Assembly: GCA_041562555.1 (NCBI GenBank)
Contig: JBFEXS010000022.1
Span: forward strand, 1 to 24,749
Direction of reading: 5' to 3'
Source of the DNA: Sulfurimonadaceae bacterium
GTDB taxonomy: Bacteria > Campylobacterota > Campylobacteria > Campylobacterales > Sulfurimonadaceae
Length of the DNA: 24,749 nt
A program made the position numbers and the translations under genes. The notes under the pieces are model-generated. The model saw only the letters and a list, made by a program, of their open reading frames with translations. It was not told where the DNA came from and did no database searches. Below, piece by piece: positions 16,066 through 24,749 of the stretch. How positions within the stretch are numbered: position 1 is the first letter of the stretch; the number at the start of each line of letters is the position of its first letter.

Positions 16066-16779
16066 ATGGATTTATTACCCGCGATTGATTTAAAAGATGG
16101 AAAAGCAGTACGTTTGACAAAAGGTCTGATGGACTCGGCGAAGATCTATTCGGATGAGCCATGGCAACTGGTAAAGACCTTTGAGGAGATGGGCTCGGAA
16201 TGGACGCACTTGGTTGACCTGAACGGGGCTTTTGCAGGAGAACCGAAGAACCTGGAACAGATCCGCCTTATTCGTGAAAACTGTAATATGAAACTCGAAC
16301 TTGGCGGCGGGATTCGTGATGAAGAGACGATCAAGATGTATTTGGATCTGGGGATCGATAGATTGATCCTTGGTTCCATTGCAGTCACCAACCCTCAGTT
16401 CGTCAAGGATATGGCAAAAAAATATCCTATCGCTGTGGGTATCGATGCGATAGACGGTTATGTGGCAGTAGAAGGATGGGCAGAGACTTCAGAGATGAAG
16501 GCGACGGAATTGGCCAAAGAGTTTGCAAAGGCAGGGGTTGAAGCGATCATCTGTACGGATGTCGGACGAGATGGGACTCTAGGTGGTGTCAATGTAGAGT
16601 TCACCCAGTCCATCGCTGAGGCTTCCGGTGTACCGACCATTGCCAGTGGAGGTGTTCGTGATGAACGTGATATCGAGGCGCTTGAAAAAGCGGGAAATGT
16701 TTCCGGTGTTATCATCGGAAAAGCCTTTTATGAGGGTACGATCGACCTTAAAAATGTTTTTAAAGTTCGCTCAAAGTAG
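16066..16779 (+). CDS. hisA: ProFAR isomerase
   Basis: [53 protein letters not shown]. Confidence 0.97.
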   Translation: MDLLPAIDLKDGKAVRLTKGLMDSAKIYSDEPWQLVKTFEEMGSEWTHLVDLNGAFAGEPKNLEQIRLIRENCNMKLELGGGIRDEETIKMYLDLGIDRLILGSIAVTNPQFVKDMAKKYPIAVGIDAIDGYVAVEGWAETSEMKATELAKEFAKAGVEAIICTDVGRDGTLGGVNVEFTQSIAEASGVPTIASGGVRDERDIEALEKAGNVSGVIIGKAFYEGTIDLKNVFKVRSK

Positions 16780-16828
16780 AATAAGTTATTATTAGAGTAA
16801 TATATTTTAAATCTTGCAAGGATAAATA

Positions 16829-17203
16829 TTGAAATTAGTTGTAGTAGATGATAGTTCAACAATGCGCCGTATTATCAAAAACACTTTGGCCAGATTAGGT
16901 TATAAAGATGTTTTAGAGGGTGAAGATGGTGTTCAGGGATGGGCTGTTCTGGATAGTAATCCAGATACCGGGATGTTGATTACTGACTGGAACATGCCTG
17001 AGATGAATGGTCTTGAGCTTGTAAAAAAGGTACGTGCTGATGAAAGATTTTCTGATCTTCCGATCATTATGGTTACGACTGAAGGTGGTAAGGCAGAGGT
17101 GATCACTGCTTTGAAAGCAGGTGTTAACAATTATATCGTTAAACCGTTTACACCACAGGTACTCAAAGAAAAACTTGCAGCAGTAATGGGTATTGAAGGA
17201 TAG
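16829..17203 (+). CDS. cheY: Chemotaxis response regulator
   Basis: VVDDSSTMRRIIKNTL, ITDWNMPEMNGL, MVTTEGGKAEVITALKAGVNNYIVKPFT, characteristic of Campylobacterota CheY. RBS AAGGA, TTG start. Confidence 0.96.
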   Translation: MKLVVVDDSSTMRRIIKNTLARLGYKDVLEGEDGVQGWAVLDSNPDTGMLITDWNMPEMNGLELVKKVRADERFSDLPIIMVTTEGGKAEVITALKAGVNNYIVKPFTPQVLKEKLAAVMGIEG

Positions 17204-18021
17204 TGCAAGATACCTACCATGAATTGATTATCACCCCATCTGCTCATATAGGGCATTTTAGTGATTTTTTAGATGCTTCGGTATCTGTCGGATACGAAGA
17301 ACTGGAAGGTTCTTTGATCGTACGTAGTGAGGATGAGCTTGAGACTCTGGCATGGGGGGTTGAACAGTTTTGTGAAGCACTTGGCGAGGCTTTGGGTGAG
17401 GAACTGAGTGTCCATACAGAGCTTCTGGAGAAGAAAAATGAAGACTGGATCAGTAAATACCAAGAGGGTATCAAGCCGATCCAGGTTGGAAAGTTTTATA
17501 TCCATCCGACCTGGGATGACCCTTCTGCAGATTTGATCAATATCAAGATCGATCCAGCCTTGGCTTTTGGTACAGGACACCACCCGACTACGGCTTCGTG
17601 TCTTAAAGCTATATCCACTCATGTAGACAAGGGGATGGAAGTTGTCGATGTCGGATGCGGATCCGGGATCTTGGCTCTTGCTGCAGCTAAATTGGGTGCA
17701 GATGTCGACCTGTGTGATACAGATATCGTATCTGTCAACAATGCGAAAGAGAATTTTGAGTTAAACGAGAGCAGTTACAGAAGGATCTGGGAAGGCTCTA
17801 TCGGTGACCCAGACAGACAATACGACGTAGTCATCGCCAATATTGTAGCAGATGTGCTTATCTTTATTGCGAATGATCTTAAAAAGGCGACAAAGTCTAA
17901 ATTGATCCTATCCGGGATCTTGGACAAATATGAAGAAAAAGTACAAAAAAAGTTCTCTGATATGCAATGTGTGGAGCGCATTTGTGATGGAGAGTGGATT
18001 AGTTTAGTTATGGAGAAATAA
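17203..18021 (+). CDS. prmA: Ribosomal protein L11 methyltransferase
   Basis: IDPALAFGTGHHPTT, DVGCGSGIL, YDVVIANI, LILSGIL. GTG start overlaps the cheY stop. Confidence 0.96.
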   Translation: MQDTYHELIITPSAHIGHFSDFLDASVSVGYEELEGSLIVRSEDELETLAWGVEQFCEALGEALGEELSVHTELLEKKNEDWISKYQEGIKPIQVGKFYIHPTWDDPSADLINIKIDPALAFGTGHHPTTASCLKAISTHVDKGMEVVDVGCGSGILALAAAKLGADVDLCDTDIVSVNNAKENFELNESSYRRIWEGSIGDPDRQYDVVIANIVADVLIFIANDLKKATKSKLILSGILDKYEEKVQKKFSDMQCVERICDGEWISLVMEK

Positions 18022-19982
18022 TGAAAGAACCTAAAAACGATAAAAACAATAATTTTTTTAATCAAAACCCTTTATTGACCTTTGCCATTTTTTCAGTGGT
18101 CATTATCCTCGTCTTTAAGACCTTGATAGGAGATGAGAACTCAGCGTTGGGTTCCCAGATGAGTCAAGGTGCTGTTAAAAACAAGGAAGTAAGCTATTCA
18201 CAGCTTAAAGAGTTCATCAAAACAAATTCTGTAAACGAAGTACAGATCGGACAGAACTTTATCCGCGGGATCTCTGTCGAAGGTGACCGACGTATCGTCT
18301 ATACGGCACGCTTGGTGCACCAGGATCCTGAACTGATCAAGCTTTTGGATGAGAAGAAGATTGCCTATAAAGGTTTTTCAGAGTCGAATTGGTTTACAGA
18401 GATGTTTGGATGGTTATTGCCATTTTTCATTATCTTGGCGATTTGGATGTTCTTTGCCGGTCGTATGCAAAAGTCGATGGGTGGCGGTATCCTAGGTATG
18501 GGCAACTCCAAAAAACTGGTCAATTCGGAAAAACCAAAGACAAAATTTGATGACGTAGCCGGTGCGGACGAAGCAAAGGAAGAAGTCAAAGAGATCGTTG
18601 ACTTTTTAAAATACCCTCATCAGTATATTGAATTGGGAGCAAAGATCCCTAAGGGTGTGCTCTTGGTCGGAAGCCCGGGTACCGGTAAGACACTATTGGC
18701 GAAGGCTGTTGCTGGTGAGGCTGACGTCCCGTTTTTCTCCGTATCTGGTTCAAGTTTTATTGAGATGTTTGTCGGGGTCGGTGCTGCACGTGTACGTGAT
18801 CTTTTTGAACAGGCAAAAAAAGATGCCCCTTCTATCATCTTTATCGATGAGATCGATGCTATCGGTAAATCCCGTGCTGCTAATGGGAACATGGGTGGAA
18901 ATGATGAACGTGAGCAGACACTCAACCAGCTCCTTGCCGAGATGGACGGATTCGGTACAGACACACCTATCATCATCCTTGCAGCGACGAACCGTCCGGA
19001 GATCCTTGATCCGGCATTAATGCGTCCGGGACGTTTTGATAGACAGGTATTGGTTGACAAACCGGACTTTGAAGGGCGTAAACAGATCCTGAACGTACAT
19101 GTCAAAGGTATCAAACTGGATCCGAGTGCAGACCTTGAAGAGTTGGCACGTCTGACAGCCGGTCTTGCCGGGGCAGACCTTGCCAATATTATCAATGAAG
19201 CAGCATTGCTGGCCGGTCGTAAGAAGCAAAGTACGGTTCGACAGGAAGACCTTTTGGAGTCTGTCGAGCGCGCTATTGCAGGTCTTTCCAAGAAGAGCCG
19301 TCGCATTGATCCAAAAGAGAAAAGAATTGTTGCCTATCATGAATGTGGGCATGCACTTCTTGCAGAGATCACGAAAGGTGCGAAACGTGTTTCCAAAGTC
19401 TCCATTATCCCACGTGGTCTGGCAGCACTTGGATATACACTGAATACACCGGAAGAGAACAAATATTTGGCGCAGAAGCATGAGCTGATGGCAGAAGTAG
19501 ATGTCCTTCTGGGTGGACGTGCTGCGGAAGAGGTGTTTATCGGTGAGATATCTACCGGTGCTTCCAACGACCTTGAACGTGCCACGGATATTATCAAGAA
19601 CATGGTCCAAGTCTACGGTATGAGTGATGTGGCCGGTTTGATGGTACTTGAAAAACAGCGTTCTTCATTTTTGGGCGGGGGTATAGGTTCCGCCCGTGAA
19701 TACAGTGAAAAAATGGCGGAAGATATGGATCAGCATATCAAATCCGAGCTCAAGGTACATTATGATGATGTTATTGCTTCTTTAAATATCTATAAGGGAG
19801 CGATCGAGACGATGGTTACGTCTTTATTTGAAAAAGAGACGATCGACGGGGATGAAGTACGTAAGGTTATCTCAGATTTTGAAAGAGAGAACGGCTTAGA
19901 GAGCCGTCTGCAATCCATGCCTGAAGAAGATGAATTGGAAACAGCTGAAGTCAGTGAGTCTAATGAAGGTGAGAAGGCGTGA
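18021..19982 (+). CDS. ftsH: ATP-dependent zinc metalloprotease
   Basis: Two N-terminal TMs, Walker A GSPGTGKT, Walker [37 protein letters not shown] (HECGH), GGRAAEE, GASNDL. Confidence 0.98.
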   Translation: MKEPKNDKNNNFFNQNPLLTFAIFSVVIILVFKTLIGDENSALGSQMSQGAVKNKEVSYSQLKEFIKTNSVNEVQIGQNFIRGISVEGDRRIVYTARLVHQDPELIKLLDEKKIAYKGFSESNWFTEMFGWLLPFFIILAIWMFFAGRMQKSMGGGILGMGNSKKLVNSEKPKTKFDDVAGADEAKEEVKEIVDFLKYPHQYIELGAKIPKGVLLVGSPGTGKTLLAKAVAGEADVPFFSVSGSSFIEMFVGVGAARVRDLFEQAKKDAPSIIFIDEIDAIGKSRAANGNMGGNDEREQTLNQLLAEMDGFGTDTPIIILAATNRPEILDPALMRPGRFDRQVLVDKPDFEGRKQILNVHVKGIKLDPSADLEELARLTAGLAGADLANIINEAALLAGRKKQSTVRQEDLLESVERAIAGLSKKSRRIDPKEKRIVAYHECGHALLAEITKGAKRVSKVSIIPRGLAALGYTLNTPEENKYLAQKHELMAEVDVLLGGRAAEEVFIGEISTGASNDLERATDIIKNMVQVYGMSDVAGLMVLEKQRSSFLGGGIGSAREYSEKMAEDMDQHIKSELKVHYDDVIASLNIYKGAIETMVTSLFEKETIDGDEVRKVISDFERENGLESRLQSMPEEDELETAEVSESNEGEKA

Positions 19983-20629
19983 CCTCACGTTCAGATACCT
20001 TTGTCATATCACGGCAGGGTTGGGATATCCTTGTTCCTTTCGGGATATTTACACTTCTTCTTTTACTTTCTATAGGCTTTCAACTTTTTACTTTCATTCT
20101 TCTACTTGTTTTTGTATTTTTACTTTATATTCATCGCAATCCTGAACGTGTTTCCAATTATGCCCAAGAGGGTTCAATACTATCTGCTGTGGACGGACGT
20201 GTAAGAGAAATCATCTCTATGGATAAATCACCTATAGACGGTAAACCCGGATATGAAATTATCGTCGAGTCGGGGTATATTGATACGGCTGTCTTGCGTG
20301 CGCCGATCGACGGGCACATGTCGATAGATCATCTTCAGCGTGGAGCGATGTTGCGACTAAATTCAGCCCATGAAAACCTGAATGAGTATGCAGATATACG
20401 TTTTTCCTCCAATAGGGGAGATGTGTTGATGCGTCATACTCTTGGCTCATGGGCACGACCCTTACGTTTTAATGTAGAGGGCGAACTCCTGCAAAACCAG
20501 CGTTATGGATTTATGCTTAACGGAAAAACATCGATCTATCTTCCAACGAATTCACGCGTTGCTATCAAAGAAGGGATGACGCTCAGAGCCGGAGAATCGG
20601 TAGTAGGTTTCTTCAGTGAAACAGCCTAG
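19979..20629 (+). CDS. Phosphatidylserine decarboxylase-related protein (short type, degenerate active site)
   Basis: N-terminal TMs followed by RNPER, SAVDG, LRAPIDG, NE and G..LRAGESVVG motifs of the short Psd family; adjacent to pssA. The FGS autocleavage motif is absent. Confidence 0.75.
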   Translation: MTSRSDTFVISRQGWDILVPFGIFTLLLLLSIGFQLFTFILLLVFVFLLYIHRNPERVSNYAQEGSILSAVDGRVREIISMDKSPIDGKPGYEIIVESGYIDTAVLRAPIDGHMSIDHLQRGAMLRLNSAHENLNEYADIRFSSNRGDVLMRHTLGSWARPLRFNVEGELLQNQRYGFMLNGKTSIYLPTNSRVAIKEGMTLRAGESVVGFFSETA

Positions 20630-21341
20630 ACAGCTTATCTATGTACTGCCTAATCTCTTTACGGCAGGAGGGATCTTCTCGGGGATGATGAGCCTCATTA
20701 TGAGTGCGTCTGGAAAGTTTGATTATGCTGCATGGCTGATCCTTTTAGCACTGATTTTTGACGGCTTAGACGGTCGCGTCGCACGTTTGACGAATAGTAC
20801 GTCTAAGTTTGGACTGGAATTTGATTCTCTGGCGGATATTGTCTCTTTCGGTGTAGCACCTGCGATGCTTTTATACCAGTATTGCGGTGTGGACTTTGGA
20901 CGCTTTGGGATGGTAGTGAGTGGACTTTATGTCGTTTTCGGTGCTATCCGTCTGGCACGTTTCAATGTCACTACTTTGGAGATCGAGCCATCTGTATTTA
21001 TCGGTGTACCCATTCCCACAGCTGCCGTTTTTATCTCTATACTGATCTTGCTGTATGAAAAATATACACTGACTATATATACCCCATTGTTGATCATGAC
21101 GCTGCTTGTAGCGATCCTGATGGTAAGTAATATACGTTTTCCAAGTTTCAAGAAAATGGACCTGCAAAAGGCCAACTTCATCAAAGTGCTGGTTGCTTTG
21201 GTCATAGCGGCTTCACTGATATTTATCTATCCTATTGAATCACTTTCGATACTAATTCTGGCTTACCTGTGTTTTGGTGTGGGGCGTGCAAGCCTGTATT
21301 TTGTCAGACAACTCCGTAAAAGTAAGCAAAAAAACGAATAG
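20616..21341 (+). CDS. pssA: CDP-diacylglycerol--serine O-phosphatidyltransferase
   Basis: LPNLFT; CDP-alcohol motif DGLDGRVARLTNSTSKFGLEFDSLADIVSFGVAPA; RLARFN; FIGVPIP; LMVSNIRFPSFK. Confidence 0.95.
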   Translation: MKQPRQLIYVLPNLFTAGGIFSGMMSLIMSASGKFDYAAWLILLALIFDGLDGRVARLTNSTSKFGLEFDSLADIVSFGVAPAMLLYQYCGVDFGRFGMVVSGLYVVFGAIRLARFNVTTLEIEPSVFIGVPIPTAAVFISILILLYEKYTLTIYTPLLIMTLLVAILMVSNIRFPSFKKMDLQKANFIKVLVALVIAASLIFIYPIESLSILILAYLCFGVGRASLYFVRQLRKSKQKNE

Positions 21342-21345
21342 AAAT

Positions 21346-23658
21346 TTATTGTTCCGGTCTTATTCTGAAGTTGAAGAACTGGGAATGAAAGTTGTTCTCC
21401 TGCATATGTCTGAATGAAACGACAGCACCAGGATTGTTCTGGGTCTGAAGATAGAGAAGACCAAGGGCATAGCGGCTCTCTTTATGGTTTGGGTTTTTAC
21501 GTTTGGCCAGTTCCAGCAGGGCAATGGCATTGGCAGAGTGTTTTGCACCTGTCGCTGCAATCGCTGCTAAAAAGAGTGTGTGTGAATCCTGTTGTTTATG
21601 TTGATCGATCAACTCGTTATAGAGAGTATAGGCTTCTTCAAAGTTTTGGGTATAGATATTCACGAGTGCCAGAGACTGAAGTACACTCGGAAGGTTTTTC
21701 TTCTCAGTGACAAGTCTTTTCTTGAGTTCCTCCCTGAGAGGATAGAGAGAGCCTGTGATCTGTTTATATTGGGTATAAAGATATTTGGTGATGAACGGAC
21801 CGTAGTAGTAGTCATCCATATGGAAATCTTGTCGTTTAAGATGGGTGAGGGCTTTACGGGCAAAAAGCTTGTTCTCCAGATCGGCATAATGTGTGTCGAT
21901 AAAGAGCAGGTGAGGAAGAATATCATTCGGAAGAAGCCGTGTCAGTTTTTGACTGTACTCCTGTGCCATCTCCGTCTTGTTCATGCTCATAGCAATCAGG
22001 GTGTCGAAGGCAAGATATAATGGTGTCTCCTTCTTAGTGTTTTCCATCCATTGGTAGGTCGCAGGAAAATTAGCCTCTTTAAAGTGCAATAATGTCCGAT
22101 AAAAGTCAAACTCTTCCGTTTTCGGCTCGAAAGCAAGGTCCTCTTTAATGATCTGACCGAACTTTTCATGTTCTTGATTGATCAGTTGTGCTGTCATCAT
22201 CGCGAAGATACCGGATAGGTAGTTTTTGGCATCCAGATGATAGGACTGTATGAAGTGTTTATGTGCCAGTGCTATTTCGCCGAGTTGGGCATGGGTCAAG
22301 GCAAGGTTGTAATGTACGATGGAGTGACGAGGGTAAAGCCCTACCATCTTCTTCAGACGTGAATTCGCTTCTTGCAGCTGAAAATTCAGTGCCATCTGTA
22401 TGGATTGGGCGATATTCATATTGACATTAGAGAGTGTAGCACCTTCACTTAGCTGGGTACTGGCACTACTGATATTGTCTATGGCGATATTTGCATTGCC
22501 CTTGCGTATATAGGAGATGCTTTTATTGGCATTGAAGATCTTAAATGGGGCAAAATAGAAGAGAATCTGGTATATGGTGTTTTGATTGTGGATGATGTTG
22601 TCATGGAAGTTCTTCTGTGCCAAATTTACATCAAACAAAGAAGCCTTTAAAAAGGTCTCGATAGGAAAATGGGAATATACTTCATCGGGATACATGGCAG
22701 TGATATTATCGATGAGATTACTTGCTGAATCGATCTGGCCTGACTTCAGATTGACAAGTGCAAGGGCGAGTTGGGATTTACTTGGCTCGATCCCTTGTTG
22801 AATAGCGGAACGAAGATACTTCTTCGCAAGTACAAGATCTCCAAGATTGGCATAGAGCAGTCCAAGTGAGAGCGCATTTTCATCATGATATTCCCGTTCA
22901 AGATCAGCAATTGCATTGTGATACGAAGAGAAGAGGGTACTGATCTTGGAATGAAGTTGATCCTGGATAGCGGAGTAGTGCGGCGAACTTCGATGGGAGA
23001 GAGGTGAAAGGGCTTCTAAATAGTTCTCTTGATAAAAACTGATCAATGCATAATAATAGGAGTACATAGGTGAGGCGGCTTCATTGGGAAGATAGGCCTG
23101 TGCTTTGTTGATGTAATATTCAAACTGCTTTTGATTGCCCATCTCCAGGGAAGCGACAGCAGCATTTAAAGCACTGACACAGAGGTTTTGATTGTTTCTG
23201 ATTGCGAGTTCAAAACTCTCTATCGCCTTGGTATATTGTTTGTCTTTGAGTTGAGCAACACCTAGGTTGTAATAGGAGATGGATTCGCTGTAGCTGGCGA
23301 TCTTTTCGTACAGCTTCAAGGCATCGTCTTTGTGCCCTTGCTCGTAAAGTACATTGGCTCTTTTAATCATATTCTCAAGCTCAGATGGAGAGATCTTCTC
23401 CGTCTCTTCCTCCGTGGTCTGTTCTTGGGATATCTCGATCTCTTTTTGGAAGGCCGTCTTGTCGTCCGGCATCAAAAGTACAAGCAGAAGGATGGTAAGC
23501 AGAAGTACAACAGACCCGATGATGATAAAAAGAAGTTTTTTCTTCGAAGGGGTATGGTCACTGTCATCTTTTTCGTTGAATCGATCATCTAAGGAGCTGT
23601 CAAGTCCGGCAGCTTCTTCTTCTTCAATGATTACGATCTCTTCTTCGTGTTCAGCCAC
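21346..23658 (-). CDS. pflB: Flagellar motor proximal-disk TPR protein, PflB-like
   Basis: About 770 aa: acidic cytoplasmic N-tail (AEHEEEIVIIEE), one TM helix, then many TPR repeats (YYNLGVAQL...A...F..A; HYNLALT.AQ.G; SRYALGLLY). GTG at 23658 has RBS AAGGA. Architecture matches Campylobacter PflB as I recall it. Confidence 0.75.
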   Translation of the reverse strand: MAEHEEEIVIIEEEEAAGLDSSLDDRFNEKDDSDHTPSKKKLLFIIIGSVVLLLTILLLVLLMPDDKTAFQKEIEISQEQTTEEETEKISPSELENMIKRANVLYEQGHKDDALKLYEKIASYSESISYYNLGVAQLKDKQYTKAIESFELAIRNNQNLCVSALNAAVASLEMGNQKQFEYYINKAQAYLPNEAASPMYSYYYALISFYQENYLEALSPLSHRSSPHYSAIQDQLHSKISTLFSSYHNAIADLEREYHDENALSLGLLYANLGDLVLAKKYLRSAIQQGIEPSKSQLALALVNLKSGQIDSASNLIDNITAMYPDEVYSHFPIETFLKASLFDVNLAQKNFHDNIIHNQNTIYQILFYFAPFKIFNANKSISYIRKGNANIAIDNISSASTQLSEGATLSNVNMNIAQSIQMALNFQLQEANSRLKKMVGLYPRHSIVHYNLALTHAQLGEIALAHKHFIQSYHLDAKNYLSGIFAMMTAQLINQEHEKFGQIIKEDLAFEPKTEEFDFYRTLLHFKEANFPATYQWMENTKKETPLYLAFDTLIAMSMNKTEMAQEYSQKLTRLLPNDILPHLLFIDTHYADLENKLFARKALTHLKRQDFHMDDYYYGPFITKYLYTQYKQITGSLYPLREELKKRLVTEKKNLPSVLQSLALVNIYTQNFEEAYTLYNELIDQHKQQDSHTLFLAAIAATGAKHSANAIALLELAKRKNPNHKESRYALGLLYLQTQNNPGAVVSFRHMQENNFHSQFFNFRIRPEQ

Positions 23659-23794
23659 ATACTTCCTTTGCAAGAATACTTATACAATTATATAGGCTTT
23701 ATAAGCATTTTCCCTTCCAACTTTCTTGATTAGATGAGGAAAAACTTCTATAAAGAGGTAAAAGCATGGTAGACAGGATATGTATCCAATAAAA

Positions 23795-24748
23795 TTATCG
23801 GTTTAAAAGTATAAGGATAATGATAAACAGGATAAAAGAGATCCCTTTCCAGACGATCACGGGATGTCTTTCCACCAGAGGGGCCTTGTGCTTGTTCACG
23901 AAGCTTTTGTTAGGATGGCGCAGGTCATAAATGAATTCAGACAGTTCGCTGTAGCGTTTATAGGGTTCAACCGCCAGGGCTTTTCTGAGTGTTTCATCGA
24001 CCCATAGCGGGATGCTGAACTCTTCTCTGTCCAGACTGGCATAATGCAGTTTCTTTTGAGCAGCCTTGCTTGTACAGCGTGCAACTTGTACACCATAGGG
24101 AAGTTCGGAAGAGAGCATCTCATATACGATAACCCCAAGGGAAAAGAGATCAGATTTAGCACTTCCGACCTCACCCAAAAAATATTCCGGTGCAGAGTAA
24201 AGTGCTGTCCCCAAAAGGTTCTCCTGATGAATACCTGTATTGATATCCATGATCCCCTCGACACGGGTTGATCCAAAATCAATGATCTTTACACTGCCGG
24301 TGGTATCGATCAAGATGTTTTCGGGTCGCAGGTCTTGATGGATCATCTCCTGACGGTGAAAGGCCAGCAGTCCCCGTGCGATCTGTTCTGCAATATCCCT
24401 GACAGTCTCAAGACTCGGGCGAGGATTGTCGATCATCCATTGTCTGAGGGTCTGGCCTTCAATATATTCTGTGACGGTATAGAGAAAGTTGCGTTTACGT
24501 GTCTGCATATAGGATTTTGCAACGTAAGACGAGTTCAGCCGTATGGCAATCCACTCTTCCATCATGAAACGTTCAAGATATGCCTTGTCATCCTGCAGGT
24601 CAATAGATGGGGTTTTGATCACTACGGAACTTTTACTCTCATTATCAATGGCTAAATAGACATGACTGCGGCTGCTGGCACTAAGCCCACGGACTATCGT
24701 GTAACCATCAAACTCCATACGGGCTTCGAGTATAGGAGGGATGGGCTT
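23795..24748 (-). CDS. Ser/Thr protein kinase, probably the C-terminal part of a bifunctional PP2C-phosphatase/kinase (5' truncated)
   Basis: VVIK, ERF..EE, HQDLRPEN, KIIDFG, GT..YSAPE, SDLFSLGV and a C-terminal TM helix. The frame stays open upstream of ATG 24718 to the window edge (KPIPPILEAR-MEFDGY). Confidence 0.85.
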   Translation of the reverse strand, partial: KPIPPILEARMEFDGYTIVRGLSASSRSHVYLAIDNESKSSVVIKTPSIDLQDDKAYLERFMMEEWIAIRLNSSYVAKSYMQTRKRNFLYTVTEYIEGQTLRQWMIDNPRPSLETVRDIAEQIARGLLAFHRQEMIHQDLRPENILIDTTGSVKIIDFGSTRVEGIMDINTGIHQENLLGTALYSAPEYFLGEVGSAKSDLFSLGVIVYEMLSSELPYGVQVARCTSKAAQKKLHYASLDREEFSIPLWVDETLRKALAVEPYKRYSELSEFIYDLRHPNKSFVNKHKAPLVERHPVIVWKGISFILFIIILILLNR

Positions 24749-24749
24749 G

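Noticed and set aside
17945..18059. Homopolymer A/T runs as phase-variation tracts
   Set aside because: Runs are about 7 nt and the frames are intact. I saw no long poly-G/C tract of the Campylobacter contingency type.
18365..19610. Long antisense and alternative-frame ORFs over ftsH (228, 197 and 130 aa)
   Set aside because: These are shadow ORFs of a conserved gene, with Ser/Arg-rich translations and no motif or RBS support.
23776..23787. Inverted repeat GGATA-TG-TATCC downstream of the kinase
   Set aside because: 5-bp arms, 2-nt spacer and no U-tract on the relevant strand; not enough to call a terminator or operator.
1..24749. dif site, CRISPR array, tRNA/rRNA or IS element
   Set aside because: Intergenic gaps are all under about 140 nt. 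I found no dif-like 28-mer, regular repeat-spacer pattern, cloverleaf or transposase by eye.

Overview
Chromosomal segment of a Campylobacterota (epsilonproteobacterial) genome, probably Sulfurimonas/Sulfuricurvum-like; this is inferred from gene content and order (pglG-like, hisH, hisA, cheY, prmA, ftsH, psd-like, pssA; rimO-tilS; pflB). It holds about 25 protein genes, mostly housekeeping. Other genes: a XerC/D-type tyrosine recombinase fused into an operon with a PilM/N/O-like triplet (probably flagellar-motor cage proteins), a sensorless REC-REC-HK-REC hybrid kinase, msrPQ, an HI0933/BaiN flavoprotein that appears to start at an ATT codon, a Nudix hydrolase, a lipid A acyltransferase, and a 5'-truncated Ser/Thr kinase. 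The best candidate for an undescribed system is the two-gene minus-strand unit at 9604-11439. It pairs a cNMP-binding protein, whose N-terminus resembles a Phd/YefM fold, with a DUF3095 protein that shows class III nucleotide-cyclase-like motifs. I saw no RNA genes, CRISPR array, IS element or dif site. All family assignments come from motif recognition by eye, not from database searches.
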